Assembly: GCA_949289935.1 (NCBI GenBank)
Contig: CASEQD010000005.1
Location: 2,655 to 66,654, forward strand
Source of the DNA: an uncultured Pseudomonadota bacterium
Lineage (GTDB): Bacteria > Pseudomonadota > Alphaproteobacteria > RF32 > CAG-239
Direction of reading: 5' to 3'
Length of the DNA stretch: 64,000 bases
Of the stretch, positions 10,043 to 20,403 are shown one piece after another (the first letter of the stretch is position 1; every line of letters begins with the position of its first letter). A program made the position numbers and the translations under genes. The notes below the pieces were generated by a model. That model saw nothing but the letters and a program-made list of their open reading frames with translations. It had not been told where the DNA came from and searched no databases.

Positions 10043-10137
10043 AATATTTCTCCGAACATAAGCTTTATGTTAATATTTCTTCCATAATAGGTGCAAAAAG
10101 TTTTTTTTAGGTTAATATTTCTCATAACGGAGACAAT

Positions 10138-10821
10138 ATGAGAATTTTAATTGATCGTTTTATTGAGCTTTTAAAATGGCCGGTAGCCATATATATGTTG
10201 GTATCGCTGCCGGCTTACATACAATCTTTTTATTACTTTCGGCTGATGACTTGGAAATACATTGCGCTGGCCGGAGGCATTGCGGTTTTTTTTATTTCCC
10301 GCAATATGTCCGATTCCGGGGTGCGTTCCAATATTCAAACCATTGCTCATGAGTGCACGCATGCTTTTTTTGCTTTGCTGACGCTTCACAAAGTAACCGG
10401 AATTCGGCTGGAAGGAGACAACAGCGGCGGGCACATGGAGTTTAAGGGAAAGGGCAATTGGCTGATAACCGTTGCGCCTTATTTTTTTCCGTTGTTTTGT
10501 TTGTTTTGCATGATAGGCATTTCCGTTTATACGATGTTTGCACCGATGAATCTTTTCTTAAACGGCATTCTCGGCTATTTTGTCGGCTATCATATTGACA
10601 CGGTGGTATCGCAGATTCACGAAAAACAAACCGATTTGCCCAAAGTAGGATATAAGTTTTGCCTGATATTTCTGCCCGGTGCGAATTTTTGGATGATAGG
10701 GACGATTTTGGCGTTTAACAGCCGCGGCTGGGACGGCGTGGTAATTTACCAGCATTTAATAAAAATGCTCAACGCGCATAATTATCAGCTTGCCGTAAAA
10801 TATATTAGTTCGTTGTTTTAA
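10138..10821 (+). CDS. integral membrane metallopeptidase-like protein (M50-like, HExxH)
   Basis: 227 aa with multiple TM segments and an HECTH motif inside a hydrophobic context. Confidence 0.6.
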   Translation: MRILIDRFIELLKWPVAIYMLVSLPAYIQSFYYFRLMTWKYIALAGGIAVFFISRNMSDSGVRSNIQTIAHECTHAFFALLTLHKVTGIRLEGDNSGGHMEFKGKGNWLITVAPYFFPLFCLFCMIGISVYTMFAPMNLFLNGILGYFVGYHIDTVVSQIHEKQTDLPKVGYKFCLIFLPGANFWMIGTILAFNSRGWDGVVIYQHLIKMLNAHNYQLAVKYISSLF

Positions 10822-10832
10822 GCTCCGCCCCC

Positions 10833-12257
10833 TCAGGCTTGTTCGCAGGGAAAATAAACGGTAAAAGTCGTCCCGCCGTAGCTGGTAGACGTAACGGTGA
10901 TATTGCCGTGGTGGCGGAGAATAATCTGCTTGGCGATGGACAATCCCAGTCCTGTGCCGCGGATGTTCATGTCCTTGTGCTCTTGCATACGGTAAAAGCG
11001 TTCGGTCAGACGCGCCATATTTTCGGGAGAAATTTTCGGCCCTTTGTTGTTGATGGCAACGGCGACGGCTTTTCCTTCCGCGACATTGACGCTTTTAGAA
11101 CCGGGAATTTGTTCGCTTATGCGGGCTGAAATGGTAACATCGCTGTTGCTCAGGCCGTATTTGACGGCATTATCGGTCAGGTTCTGGATAACCTGTTTAA
11201 CCTGATGAACGTCGGCGGTAATGATGCCGACGTCTTCGTCAACGGCGGTTTTGAGTGTAATGTTTCTTTCCGAGGCATGCAGAGACAATGCCTGCCTGAC
11301 GTCTTCGATAATTTTGCCGATATCGGCCTTTTCATCGGGCTTTTGGTCTTGCGTCAGTTCAATTTTTGACAGAGAAAGCAAATTTTCAATAAGGGCAGAC
11401 ATATAAGCAGCCTGATCCTGCATAATTTTCAAAAAATGTTCCTGTGCTGCTTCGTCGCCTTTGGCGGTTGTCAGCAGAGTCTCGATAAAACCTGAAATAA
11501 TGGCAAGCGGGGTGCGGAGTTCATGGCTGGCATTGGCAACAAAATCCGATTGCATTTTTTCGATTTTCATGGCTTTGGTCAGATCATAAAGGGAAATCAC
11601 CGCCACGGCTCGTCCTTTTGATTGCCAGGGCAGCTGCTTGATGTGGGCATAAAGCTTCTGGTTGACGGGCTCTTTAACATAAAAAATAAGGTTTTCGGCC
11701 TCGCTTTCTTTTTTGAGAACTTTCGAAACGGCTTCAATAAAATTGTTGGAATCAAAAAGCATTTCAACATTTTTGTCCGTAATATTATCACCGAACAGGG
11801 TGCGTGAAGACAGGTTTGCCCCCAGAATATTTCCCGAACGGTCTATCATCATAATCGGGTCGGGCAGGGTGTCCAAAACTGCCGTGTCCGAAATGGACTG
11901 TGCTTCAAGGCTGTCCGCTTTCTGAGCCCAGAAACGGTGCATGGCGTTGACGGCTTCGACAATCTCCCGTGTTTCTTTTTCCGATAATTTCATATTTTGC
12001 TCGTCGACGGCCTCGCCCTGCGCCAGCGACGAAATATAACGCCGGAGCTGTTGCAGTTCAAAAGTAATCGGAAACAGCAAAATGGTATTAAATACAATAA
12101 TAACGGCATAAGAGACGATGGCCAGCATCGGAGAAATCAGGTTCAACACGGCCAGCATAATAAAAACCAACGCCGACGGAAGCGATAAAAACAAAATCCT
12201 GTCGACAAATTTGTTGCTCTTTTCAATATCAAAAACGGCATAATGACGCTTAAACAT
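10833..12257 (-). CDS. sensor histidine kinase (PhoR-like, TM + PAS + HisKA + HATPase)
   Basis: H-box ASHELRTPL and G-box GTGLGLSIAKQI. Two N-terminal TM segments and a PAS-like PDPIMMIDRSGNILGAN region. Confidence 0.85.
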   Translation of the reverse strand: MFKRHYAVFDIEKSNKFVDRILFLSLPSALVFIMLAVLNLISPMLAIVSYAVIIVFNTILLFPITFELQQLRRYISSLAQGEAVDEQNMKLSEKETREIVEAVNAMHRFWAQKADSLEAQSISDTAVLDTLPDPIMMIDRSGNILGANLSSRTLFGDNITDKNVEMLFDSNNFIEAVSKVLKKESEAENLIFYVKEPVNQKLYAHIKQLPWQSKGRAVAVISLYDLTKAMKIEKMQSDFVANASHELRTPLAIISGFIETLLTTAKGDEAAQEHFLKIMQDQAAYMSALIENLLSLSKIELTQDQKPDEKADIGKIIEDVRQALSLHASERNITLKTAVDEDVGIITADVHQVKQVIQNLTDNAVKYGLSNSDVTISARISEQIPGSKSVNVAEGKAVAVAINNKGPKISPENMARLTERFYRMQEHKDMNIRGTGLGLSIAKQIILRHHGNITVTSTSYGGTTFTVYFPCEQA

Positions 12258-12355
12258 CTAAAATACACCCTGCCTTGCAAAAACATCTGGACTGAACAAT
12301 AAATTATATTATGATACAAGAAGTTTAAATAGCATTAAGAACAGACAGAAAATAA

Positions 12356-15058
12356 ATGAGTGAAACAAAAGCAGCTGCGGCCATGACGCCGATGATGGCG
12401 CAATATCAGGAAATCAAAAGCAGGCATAAAGATTATCTCCTGTTTTACCGGATGGGGGATTTTTACGAAATGTTTTTTGACGATGCCGTCACGGCTTCCA
12501 AAGCGCTTGACATAGCTCTGACCAAGCGCGGGCAGTTTGAAGGGGAGGACGTCCCCATGTGCGGTGTTCCGTTTCATGCTTATGAAAGCTACTTGGCAAG
12601 GCTCATCAGGCAAGGCTACAAAGTCGCTATTTGCGAACAGATGGAAGATCCAAAGGAAGCCAAAAAAAGAGGTTGCAAATCTGTCGTTAAAAGAGAAGTC
12701 ATCCGCCTGGTAACGCCGGGTACGCTGACGGAAGACAATCTGCTCGATTCCAAAAAAAACAATTTTATGCTGGCGCTTTCCAAACAAAACGACCGCTTGG
12801 GGGCTGCCTGGATAGATGTATCAACCGGTGATTTTTATACGCAGCTCATATCCTTGAAAGACAAAACGGAACCGGTGGTTTTATCGTCTGTTTTAGCGCG
12901 ATTGAATCCGGTGGAAATAATTATTTCCGATTCTTATTTACAAAACCCGGATATCTTTGCGGTTTTAAACGAATATCGCGAAAAGCTCACAGTTCTTCCT
13001 CAGGCAAGGTTCAACTCCGAAAATGCCAGAAAACGCCTGCAGGAAGTATTTAAAGTCTCCACTCTGGATTCTTTCGGCAGTTTTGACCGCTCGGAAATCG
13101 CTTCGGCCGGCATTCTCGTGGATTACATTGAAAATACGCAGAAAGGAAAGCTGCCCCGCATAGAGCCGCCGGTAAAACTTTATGAAAACAAGGTGATGGA
13201 AATCGACGGCGCCACCCGCCGCAGTTTGGAGTTATTGGAGTCGGCGAACGGCGACAAAAACAATTCTCTGCTCGGAGTGATGGATCGGACGATAACTGGG
13301 GCGGCCGGGCGTTTGCTGGCATCAAGAATATCTACGCCTCTTTTGGATGTGGCTGAAATCAACAACAGATTAAATATTGTCGGCTTTTTCATTGATAATC
13401 CGCAGACAAGAAAAGATTTTCGCGAACTTTTGCGCCGTTGTCCCGATATGGAACGGGCGCTCAGCCGGCTGAGCCTTGGCCGTGGCGGCCCCCGCGATTT
13501 GGCCGCGGTGCGCGATGCCTTAAATATTATTCCGGCCGTAAAGAATTTGTTGCTTGGTTCCTTGGGCGGGGCAGGTGATGAAGAAATGCTTGTCATCCGC
13601 CCGGAAGCCTTGCAAAATGTTGCAAAACGCCTAGGTTATCATGACAGCCTGGTAAATGAACTGACCGGAGCGCTGGCCGATGATTTACCTTTGCTGCCCC
13701 GTGACGGCGGTTTCATCCGCCCCGGCTATCATCCGGCGCTGGACGAAGTCAAGGCGTTAAAAGAAGACAGCCACAAAGTAATTGCCGGTTTGCAGGGAAA
13801 ATATGCGGAAGAAACCGGAATTGCCAATTTGAAAGTCAAGTTTAACAATGTCATCGGCTATTTTATAGAAGTTCAAAGCAAATATGCGGCGGAAATGCTT
13901 GAAAACAAAAATTTTATTCACCGCCAGTCCGTATTGAATGCTGCGCGTTTTACCACGGTTGAACTGACCGAACTTGAAAACAAAATCCGCGGAGCGGCAG
14001 ATAAAGCGTTGGCCATGGAGCTGGAACTTTACAATAATCTGGTACGCGAAATAATTATGGAAGCCGAAGACATTTCCCGCACGGCCAAAGCTTTGGCGGA
14101 ATTGGATGTCGGTGCCGCTTTGGCCGAACTGGCGGTTGAAAAAAACTATTGCCGGCCGGTTGTTGACGACAGCCTGATATTTGACGTTTGCGACGGCCGC
14201 CATCCTGTTGTCGAGGCGGCAATAGAAAAAGAGCATGGCAGTGCTTTTGTCGGCAACAATTGTCGTTTGGGAGACGATGCATCGCTTATCTGGTTGATTA
14301 CCGGGCCGAACATGGCCGGCAAATCAACATTTTTGCGTCAAAATGCGCTCATCGCCGTTATGGCTCAGATGGGCTCTTATGTTCCATGCCGTTCGGCGCA
14401 TATCGGCATAGTTGATAAATTGTTTTCCCGCGTCGGAGCGTCGGATGATTTGGCGCGGGGTCGTTCGACGTTTATGGTTGAAATGGTTGAAACAGCCGGA
14501 ATTTTAAACCAGGCCGGCGAAAGATCTTTTGTCATTCTGGATGAAATCGGACGGGGAACGGCGACTTTTGATGGTTTGTCAATCGCTTGGGCTGTTGTGG
14601 AACATCTGCACGAAGTAAACAAATGCCGGGCGCTTTTTGCCACGCATTATCATGAACTGACCAGTCTTGTAAACAAATTGCCGAACATGTCGCTTCATTG
14701 CATGCGCATTAAAGAATATAACGGTGATGTTATCTTTTTGCATGAAGTGATTGACGGGGCGGCCGATCGCAGTTACGGCATCCATGTGGCCAAACTGGCC
14801 GGGCTGCCGAAAACGGTTTTGAAACGGGCTGCGGAAGTGTTAAAACTTTTGGAAAATGACGGAAAATCAAAAAGCATTTCCCATCTTGCCGACGATTTGC
14901 CTTTGTTTGCGCTGGCGCATGCCTGTGCGGAAAAGGAAGAAACTGAAGAAAAATATGCCCCGTTGCTGGAAGCTCTGGAAAATATAAATCCTGACGAATT
15001 AACGCCGAAACAGGCGCTTGAAAAATTTTATGAATTAAAAAGCAAAATCAAAACCTGA
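12356..15058 (+). CDS. mutS: DNA mismatch repair protein MutS
   Basis: 900 aa. TPMMAQYQEIK...FYRMGDFYEMFFDDA N-terminus, Walker A GPNMAGKST, and DEIGRGT/THYHEL motifs. Confidence 0.95.
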   Translation: MSETKAAAAMTPMMAQYQEIKSRHKDYLLFYRMGDFYEMFFDDAVTASKALDIALTKRGQFEGEDVPMCGVPFHAYESYLARLIRQGYKVAICEQMEDPKEAKKRGCKSVVKREVIRLVTPGTLTEDNLLDSKKNNFMLALSKQNDRLGAAWIDVSTGDFYTQLISLKDKTEPVVLSSVLARLNPVEIIISDSYLQNPDIFAVLNEYREKLTVLPQARFNSENARKRLQEVFKVSTLDSFGSFDRSEIASAGILVDYIENTQKGKLPRIEPPVKLYENKVMEIDGATRRSLELLESANGDKNNSLLGVMDRTITGAAGRLLASRISTPLLDVAEINNRLNIVGFFIDNPQTRKDFRELLRRCPDMERALSRLSLGRGGPRDLAAVRDALNIIPAVKNLLLGSLGGAGDEEMLVIRPEALQNVAKRLGYHDSLVNELTGALADDLPLLPRDGGFIRPGYHPALDEVKALKEDSHKVIAGLQGKYAEETGIANLKVKFNNVIGYFIEVQSKYAAEMLENKNFIHRQSVLNAARFTTVELTELENKIRGAADKALAMELELYNNLVREIIMEAEDISRTAKALAELDVGAALAELAVEKNYCRPVVDDSLIFDVCDGRHPVVEAAIEKEHGSAFVGNNCRLGDDASLIWLITGPNMAGKSTFLRQNALIAVMAQMGSYVPCRSAHIGIVDKLFSRVGASDDLARGRSTFMVEMVETAGILNQAGERSFVILDEIGRGTATFDGLSIAWAVVEHLHEVNKCRALFATHYHELTSLVNKLPNMSLHCMRIKEYNGDVIFLHEVIDGAADRSYGIHVAKLAGLPKTVLKRAAEVLKLLENDGKSKSISHLADDLPLFALAHACAEKEETEEKYAPLLEALENINPDELTPKQALEKFYELKSKIKT

Positions 15059-15086
15059 AAAAAGCGGAAATTATTTCCGCTTTTTT
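15058..15086. terminator. bidirectional terminator between mutS and the convergent 734-aa gene
   Basis: AGCGGAAA-tta-TTTCCGCT hairpin flanked by an A-run and a T-run. Confidence 0.65.
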
Positions 15087-15104
15087 CAGAAATGTAGTCA
15101 GGTT

Positions 15105-17309
15105 TCATTCTTTTTGAGAAAGCTTATCATACATTTTTTTGTCTCGCATCATGCGCAAAACTTTGTCTGCGCTTTTTTTGCTGATTTTTTGGCCTTTTTT
15201 GCCGTCATCTTCAACGGCGGGTTTTTCATAAACGCCCCGGTCGGACATTTCTTCCTTAACGGCGTCGTTCATTTTGTGCCGTAACTCTTCGGCTTTCTTC
15301 TTATAAGCTTTATGAACGGACTTTTTCTGTTCGGCAAAAACCGATTCGCCGGTAAATTCCTGACCTTTATAAGCAAAAGAAAGTCCTTCTCTTGCCTTGC
15401 CTTTCAGCTCTTTTGTCCGGTCGACAAAGTTTTTTGATACTTTTGCCAGTTTATCTGCCGGGCTGTTTCGTTCATAATCTGAAACAAAATTCCAAGTCCA
15501 TTCTGAGACGGAATTCTTAGCGTTGAACCATTCTTTGACGACAGCACTTTGTTTATCCAGGGCTGCTTCGCGTAAAGAACGGAGAGACTGAAAAGCCTCA
15601 TCGGAAAAGAGCATTGGTTTTACCTGAATAAAAATATTTTTATAAGCTTTCAGCTCGGGTAAAAGAGCGTTAATCTGTTCTACTTGATATTCAATTCTCT
15701 GCTGGCGTTCTTTTTCTTTTTTACCGCTGAACAGGGAAGACAAGCCGCTTTGTCTGGCATAGACGATTTTGTTTGGTCCTTTTCCGGCAATATTGTTGCG
15801 GACGATTTCTTCAATCGATTGATCGGAAAGCTGCGTTTCCTTATCCGTCCGGAGGCTTGCAATTTGTTTGTAAATCTCCTCCAAAGCATTCCGTCGGGAC
15901 AGAGCTTCTTCATGTTTGACGATGTTGATGTCAGCCTTGTTTTTTTGTTCTTGTTTTTGCGAAAACAATTCCAGATTTTTTTTATTCTGTTCATATCTTG
16001 CGGTTTGTTCGTCAACCAGAGGCGCAACGGTTTGAATGAATTTTTTCATTTCCGGAGAAATGCTTTTCATCTTCAAGGCCGCATCCAGCATAAAATTGAT
16101 TCCTTCTGACGTAAAAAAGGCTCTGCCGTTTTCTTTTGCGGCTTTTTCCTGTACGGCTGTAATGTATTGCGTCATCAGCTTCAGGCGTTTGTCTTCCGAA
16201 ATGCCGTAATCAAGCGCCCACAGCCGGGCAGCTTGCCCGTCAGGAGACAAATATTTATATTCGGACAATTCTTGAGGACGATATTTTGCCAGTAGCTGCA
16301 TCATATCACTGGAAAAATTGCTTTGCCGGAATTTTTGTGCATAATCAAGCTCTCTTTGTGCTCTGACTTCTCCTCTGGCGTTTTGATACGCTCTGAAATT
16401 AGCGGAATTATAAGGAAAATTGCTTTGTTCCGGAAGCTTGAGTTTATACAGACATGTATAAAAAAGTTTTTGAGTCTCATCACAGTACGGCACCTGTTCT
16501 GCCCAATTTTCCGGAAAATATTTTTTCACTCCGGTGGAATTATTAGAAAAATCAAAACTCTTGGAAATTTTTTCTGCCAGATTCGTAAGCTTTTTCATGC
16601 GTCCCGAAAGAGAAAAATCACCATAATCCGAAGAATGGATATCTTTCATAAGGCTTGCAAAAGTCGGCAGCATAACAGAGTTCTGTCCGTAAGCCTGAGT
16701 ATAAAAATCAAGAATGGCCGCTTTGAGCTCCCAAGGCAATTGGCGGCGTTGGTCGCGGCTGGCTTCCTTATCCCGAGCCAAAAGACGGGTGCAGATATCA
16801 CCCGCGTGGGCAAGAGTACGATCATCTTTGGAAATGTCAAAAGTTGTGTTTTTCAGAAGGCTTGCCGTGCTAAAATCTCCTCTTGCCAGAGAGGCGTCAA
16901 GCAAAGACAGTTTTGCGACATTGTCAAGTTCGTTAAACTTTTGGGAATCGTTCATGATGGTATTTTGAGCCGCCTGTAAAACATCTGTCATGCCAAAGCT
17001 CGAAATCAGACGGCTGTTTAAATCGGCGTTTCCTTGTACAAAGCTTGTCTGAAGAGTACGCTGCAGCACGAGATGATAAGCTTTTTGTTTGGCAGGTTCA
17101 TAATTTCGTGTGACAGGATCAAAACCGAAATCAATCATGTCTCTGATATTGTCCAACGTCAGTTTGTTTATATCTTTGGACATGGGAAGAAATGTCATAC
17201 CGTAAGGGCCTTCTTTACTTAATTCTTCAGCGGCCTGTGTAAAATAAGCATGAAAATTCTGCTCGTTTATTTCTGTAAATTTTTTTCCATCAAGAGAATA
17301 TTCTGTCAT
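15105..17309 (-). CDS. large hypothetical protein (734 aa, no TM segment, K/E-rich C-terminal part)
   Basis: Single uninterrupted 2.2-kb ORF; the overlapping ORFs are short shadows. No motif recognised. Confidence 0.65.
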   Translation of the reverse strand: MTEYSLDGKKFTEINEQNFHAYFTQAAEELSKEGPYGMTFLPMSKDINKLTLDNIRDMIDFGFDPVTRNYEPAKQKAYHLVLQRTLQTSFVQGNADLNSRLISSFGMTDVLQAAQNTIMNDSQKFNELDNVAKLSLLDASLARGDFSTASLLKNTTFDISKDDRTLAHAGDICTRLLARDKEASRDQRRQLPWELKAAILDFYTQAYGQNSVMLPTFASLMKDIHSSDYGDFSLSGRMKKLTNLAEKISKSFDFSNNSTGVKKYFPENWAEQVPYCDETQKLFYTCLYKLKLPEQSNFPYNSANFRAYQNARGEVRAQRELDYAQKFRQSNFSSDMMQLLAKYRPQELSEYKYLSPDGQAARLWALDYGISEDKRLKLMTQYITAVQEKAAKENGRAFFTSEGINFMLDAALKMKSISPEMKKFIQTVAPLVDEQTARYEQNKKNLELFSQKQEQKNKADINIVKHEEALSRRNALEEIYKQIASLRTDKETQLSDQSIEEIVRNNIAGKGPNKIVYARQSGLSSLFSGKKEKERQQRIEYQVEQINALLPELKAYKNIFIQVKPMLFSDEAFQSLRSLREAALDKQSAVVKEWFNAKNSVSEWTWNFVSDYERNSPADKLAKVSKNFVDRTKELKGKAREGLSFAYKGQEFTGESVFAEQKKSVHKAYKKKAEELRHKMNDAVKEEMSDRGVYEKPAVEDDGKKGQKISKKSADKVLRMMRDKKMYDKLSQKE

Positions 17310-17412
17310 TGATAACGTCCTCTGTTAATAATCATAAACTGATTATAACGCCGGACGATCTTAATTTCAATTATTTTTTTCGAAATTTTGTACAAATAGT
17401 AAAATCCCGGTG

Positions 17413-17441
17413 TTGACAAAAAATATCAGGAAAAACATAAT
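17413..17441 (+). promoter_or_regulatory. candidate sigma70-type promoter upstream of rplM-rpsI
   Basis: TTGACA (17413-17418), 17-nt spacer, CATAAT (17436-17441). Confidence 0.35.
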
Positions 17442-17503
17442 GTTGCATTGCGGTATTATCATACCGTACAATTAACGCTATGAAAATTATGCAAAAAATC
17501 ATA

Positions 17504-17531
17504 TTGACAATAAAAAACTTTCCTGTATATT
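17504..17531 (+). promoter_or_regulatory. candidate sigma70-type promoter upstream of rplM-rpsI (proximal)
   Basis: TTGACA (17504-17509), 16-nt spacer, TATATT (17526-17531), about 43 nt before the rplM ATG. Confidence 0.4.
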
Positions 17532-17573
17532 TCACTACGAATTTAACCTTTAACCAATTTAAAGTGAGTTACA

Positions 17574-18041
17574 ATGAATACATACGCAACAAAACCGTCA
17601 GACATTAAAAGAAAATGGTATGTCGTTGACGCTGAAGGTGTTGTGCTCGGACGTTTGGCGGCTCAGGTTGCCAAAATCCTCCGCGGCAAACACAAACCGT
17701 CGTTTGTTCCGAACCTGGACTGCGGCGACTATGTCGTTGTCATCAATGCCGACAAAGTAAAGCTGACCGGCAAAAAACTGACCCATAAAAAATATTTTAA
17801 ACACACCGGTTGGATCGGTGGAATCAAAGAAACAACCGCGGCGAAGATTTTAGCCGGACGTTTTCCTGAAAGGGTTGTCATCAAAGCTGTTGAACGTATG
17901 ATTTCCCGCAATCCCCTCGGCCGTCAGCAGATGACAAAGCTGCGGGTTTATGCCGGTTCTGAAAATCCGCATGCAGCGCAGAATCCCGAGGTTTTGGATA
18001 TTGCGTCTATGAACGAAAAGAATAAGAGGAGCGCATTATAA
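17574..18041 (+). CDS. rplM: 50S ribosomal protein L13
   Basis: [18 protein letters not shown]...[17 protein letters not shown] is a classical L13 sequence. Confidence 0.95.
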   Translation: MNTYATKPSDIKRKWYVVDAEGVVLGRLAAQVAKILRGKHKPSFVPNLDCGDYVVVINADKVKLTGKKLTHKKYFKHTGWIGGIKETTAAKILAGRFPERVVIKAVERMISRNPLGRQQMTKLRVYAGSENPHAAQNPEVLDIASMNEKNKRSAL

Positions 18042-18514
18042 TGGCTGAAAAAATTGAATCATTGCAGGATATCAAAACTGCGGCAGCCGCAACGGAAGTT
18101 AAGGTTCGCAAACCCAATAGAGACAAACAGGGACGTTCTTATGCCACCGGAAAAAGAAAAGACGCCGTTGCCCGCGTTTGGATTAAGCCGGGAAAAGGTA
18201 ACATCACCATCAATGAAAAATCCATTGACGAATATTTTGCCCGTCCGGTTTTAAAAATGCTCATTAACCAACCTTTTGAAATTACGAACCGTGTTAACGA
18301 ATTTGATGTTGTCTGCACGGTAAAAGGCGGTGGATTGTCCGGCCAGGCAGGCGCTATCAAACACGGCATTTCCATTGCTCTGAACGAGTATGAGCCTGAA
18401 TTGAGAGCCGTTTTGAAAAAAGCCGGCTTCCTGACCCGTGATGACCGTGTCGTTGAACGTAAAAAATACGGCAAAGCCAAAGCACGTCGTTCTTACCAGT
18501 TCTCCAAACGTTAA
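18041..18514 (+). CDS. rpsI: 30S ribosomal protein S9
   Basis: [18 protein letters not shown] and the C-terminal [11 protein letters not shown]. The start overlaps the rplM stop (ATAATG). Confidence 0.95.
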   Translation: MAEKIESLQDIKTAAAATEVKVRKPNRDKQGRSYATGKRKDAVARVWIKPGKGNITINEKSIDEYFARPVLKMLINQPFEITNRVNEFDVVCTVKGGGLSGQAGAIKHGISIALNEYEPELRAVLKKAGFLTRDDRVVERKKYGKAKARRSYQFSKR

Positions 18515-18546
18515 TTGGTATCAGGAAAATATCAAATATTTTCAAT

Positions 18547-18574
18547 GGGTTGCAAGAAATTGCAACCCATTTTT
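18547..18574 (+). terminator. rho-independent terminator after rpsI
   Basis: GGGTTGCA-agaaat-TGCAACCC followed by ATTTTT. Confidence 0.7.
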
Positions 18575-18605
18575 CATTGGTATTTATCTGAAAGAAAGTA
18601 TCCGC

Positions 18606-19130
18606 TTATCCGGGAAGTTTTTCGTTAAAAACAATATCTTCAATTTTTTTACGTTCGGTATCAAAACGGTCGGATGGTTTTAATGCACCGTCAGGATACC
18701 CGATAGCCAGAATGTTTACAATATCCCATTCGGCGGGAATGTTAAATTCCATCCGCAAAACCGATGGTTCAAAATTGCAAATCCAAACTGTTCCTAGTCC
18801 CAGATTAACGGCTTCCAGCATCATATGCGTCGTAACAATGCCGGCATCCGTTTCGGCCAGATCTTTACCGTCATATTTTCTTGTCCAGGCGCTTGATTTA
18901 TCGCCGCAGACAACAATGGCCAAAGGTGCCTGAAATATATTGGCTGCTTTGGCAATTTTTTGCATTCCGTCATTTTCCTGAATCACAATCAGTCTCTGGG
19001 ACTGACGGTTGCCGCCGGTCGGGGCGATGCGTCCGGCCTCCAGAATTTTTTGCAGCTTCTCAGCCTCCACCTTTTGGGATTTATATTTTCTGACGGCGCA
19101 CCGACATCTGATAAGTTCTTCAAATTCCAT
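18606..19130 (-). CDS. nitroreductase family protein
   Basis: RCAVRKY...I.EAGRIAPTGGNRQ motif typical of the NfsB/FRase family. I chose start MEFEEL; the ORF is open from 19154. Confidence 0.8.
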   Translation of the reverse strand: MEFEELIRCRCAVRKYKSQKVEAEKLQKILEAGRIAPTGGNRQSQRLIVIQENDGMQKIAKAANIFQAPLAIVVCGDKSSAWTRKYDGKDLAETDAGIVTTHMMLEAVNLGLGTVWICNFEPSVLRMEFNIPAEWDIVNILAIGYPDGALKPSDRFDTERKKIEDIVFNEKLPG

Positions 19131-19250
19131 AAAAACCTCCTGTATAAAAAACACAATGCCATTATAGACATAAATTTTGGTTGTTATAAATAAAAAAATG
19201 TGATATGAACAATACGTTAACTTTTATTATTAATCTAAAATTTATTATGT

Positions 19251-19727
19251 ATGAAAATTTTTGTAAAACTGCTGATTTGCGTGTTAGGTATCGCGTCGGC
19301 AAGCGTGCAGATAAGCGCGCAGGGTATCAAAAAAATTACTCATTCGCAGTATGGCACGGTAACTTATTATCTTTACTTGAATGAAGAAAAGCCTCCGGTT
19401 ATAATTAATGTAGTGGAAAATCATTTCCTTATATATCAGGATGCCGACCGACGGGTAATGAAAGTAAACCTCTTGCACCATCAGGGAAACAAAACTCAGA
19501 CGGTAGGCATTGCTGAAATCAAATATGATGGGGATAATTTTTACTACATCAATTCGGAAAAACGTCAGGGCTATTACGTTATGAATAACGGTTTTAACGG
19601 ATTGATAATGACGCCGGAAATGAATATTATCCGCAACATCCGCCTGACGGTTTCTCCTAAAGACCGCCTTGGAAGAAAAGTATATCTGGAAACCGGAAAC
19701 GATACGATAGCAACTTATTTGTGGTAA
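19251..19727 (+). CDS. hypothetical secreted protein
   Basis: 158 aa with signal peptide MKIFVKLLICVLGIASASVQISA. Confidence 0.55.
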   Translation: MKIFVKLLICVLGIASASVQISAQGIKKITHSQYGTVTYYLYLNEEKPPVIINVVENHFLIYQDADRRVMKVNLLHHQGNKTQTVGIAEIKYDGDNFYYINSEKRQGYYVMNNGFNGLIMTPEMNIIRNIRLTVSPKDRLGRKVYLETGNDTIATYLW

Positions 19728-19731
19728 TTGG

Positions 19732-19768
19732 AAAGCAGGATATGCATGAAAGAGGCATATCCTGCTTT
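19732..19768 (+). terminator. rho-independent terminator
   Basis: AAAGCAGGATATGC / GCATATCCTGCTTT, a 14-bp stem followed by ATTGTTG. Confidence 0.6.
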
Positions 19769-19851
19769 ATTGTTGTGTCAAAATTTTGACAAAAAAACGG
19801 TTGTCTGAAAAAAATTTTTATGTTAAACTGACTGATATAAAATTTATAATT

Positions 19852-20313
19852 ATGAAAAAGATATTATGTTTAAGCATGGTTTTGCTCTTATGTTCCTGTT
19901 ACAGTTCCGGACAGGGATGGGGAAGATTTGAAAGGACGCTTCAGCTGATTGAATTTCATCATCAGAAAGTTCAGGAAATTAAAAACCGCTCCCTGTATCA
20001 AAAGACAAAAAACGGAACAGAACTTTTGTATGCGCATAACCGCTCCACGGTTCGTTGGCTGGAATGGGAAGACACCCGTCTCGAAAACCGGGAGGGATAT
20101 GTCTGGATATATGCCCGGCGGCGGAATGACTGGATTTTGGAAAAGAAAATCCGCAAAGGCGTACACAGCGCATATAAGCGAAAAGTGCGGGTGCGAGATC
20201 CGTACGAAGGCAGCATTGATTTGCTGAATTTGGAAATAGTAACCATCCCCGGAAATGTCTTTATTTACCTCAAACAGGGCTTGGTAAGGGTGGAAGACTA
20301 TAGCATGCGTTAA
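19852..20313 (+). CDS. hypothetical lipoprotein
   Basis: Start chosen at MKKILCLSMVLLLCSC (lipobox LLCSC). The ORF is open from 19786. Confidence 0.55.
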   Translation: MKKILCLSMVLLLCSCYSSGQGWGRFERTLQLIEFHHQKVQEIKNRSLYQKTKNGTELLYAHNRSTVRWLEWEDTRLENREGYVWIYARRRNDWILEKKIRKGVHSAYKRKVRVRDPYEGSIDLLNLEIVTIPGNVFIYLKQGLVRVEDYSMR

Positions 20314-20320
20314 TAAAAAA

Positions 20321-20351
20321 ATGCCTTACGGAAAATGTAAGGCATTTTTTT
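20321..20351 (+). terminator. rho-independent terminator
   Basis: ATGCCTTAC-ggaaaat-GTAAGGCAT followed by TTTTTTT. Confidence 0.65.
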
Positions 20352-20403
20352 ATTATCCGTTAAGTTCTTTGTGTTATGCTGTAAAAAAACAACGGAACAA
20401 GCA

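Noticed and set aside
12335-12787. 150-aa minus-strand ORF overlapping the mutS 5' end
   Set aside because: It is antisense to an unambiguous mutS reading frame, so it is a shadow ORF. The same applies to 13180..13596, 13757..14236 and the other ORFs inside mutS.
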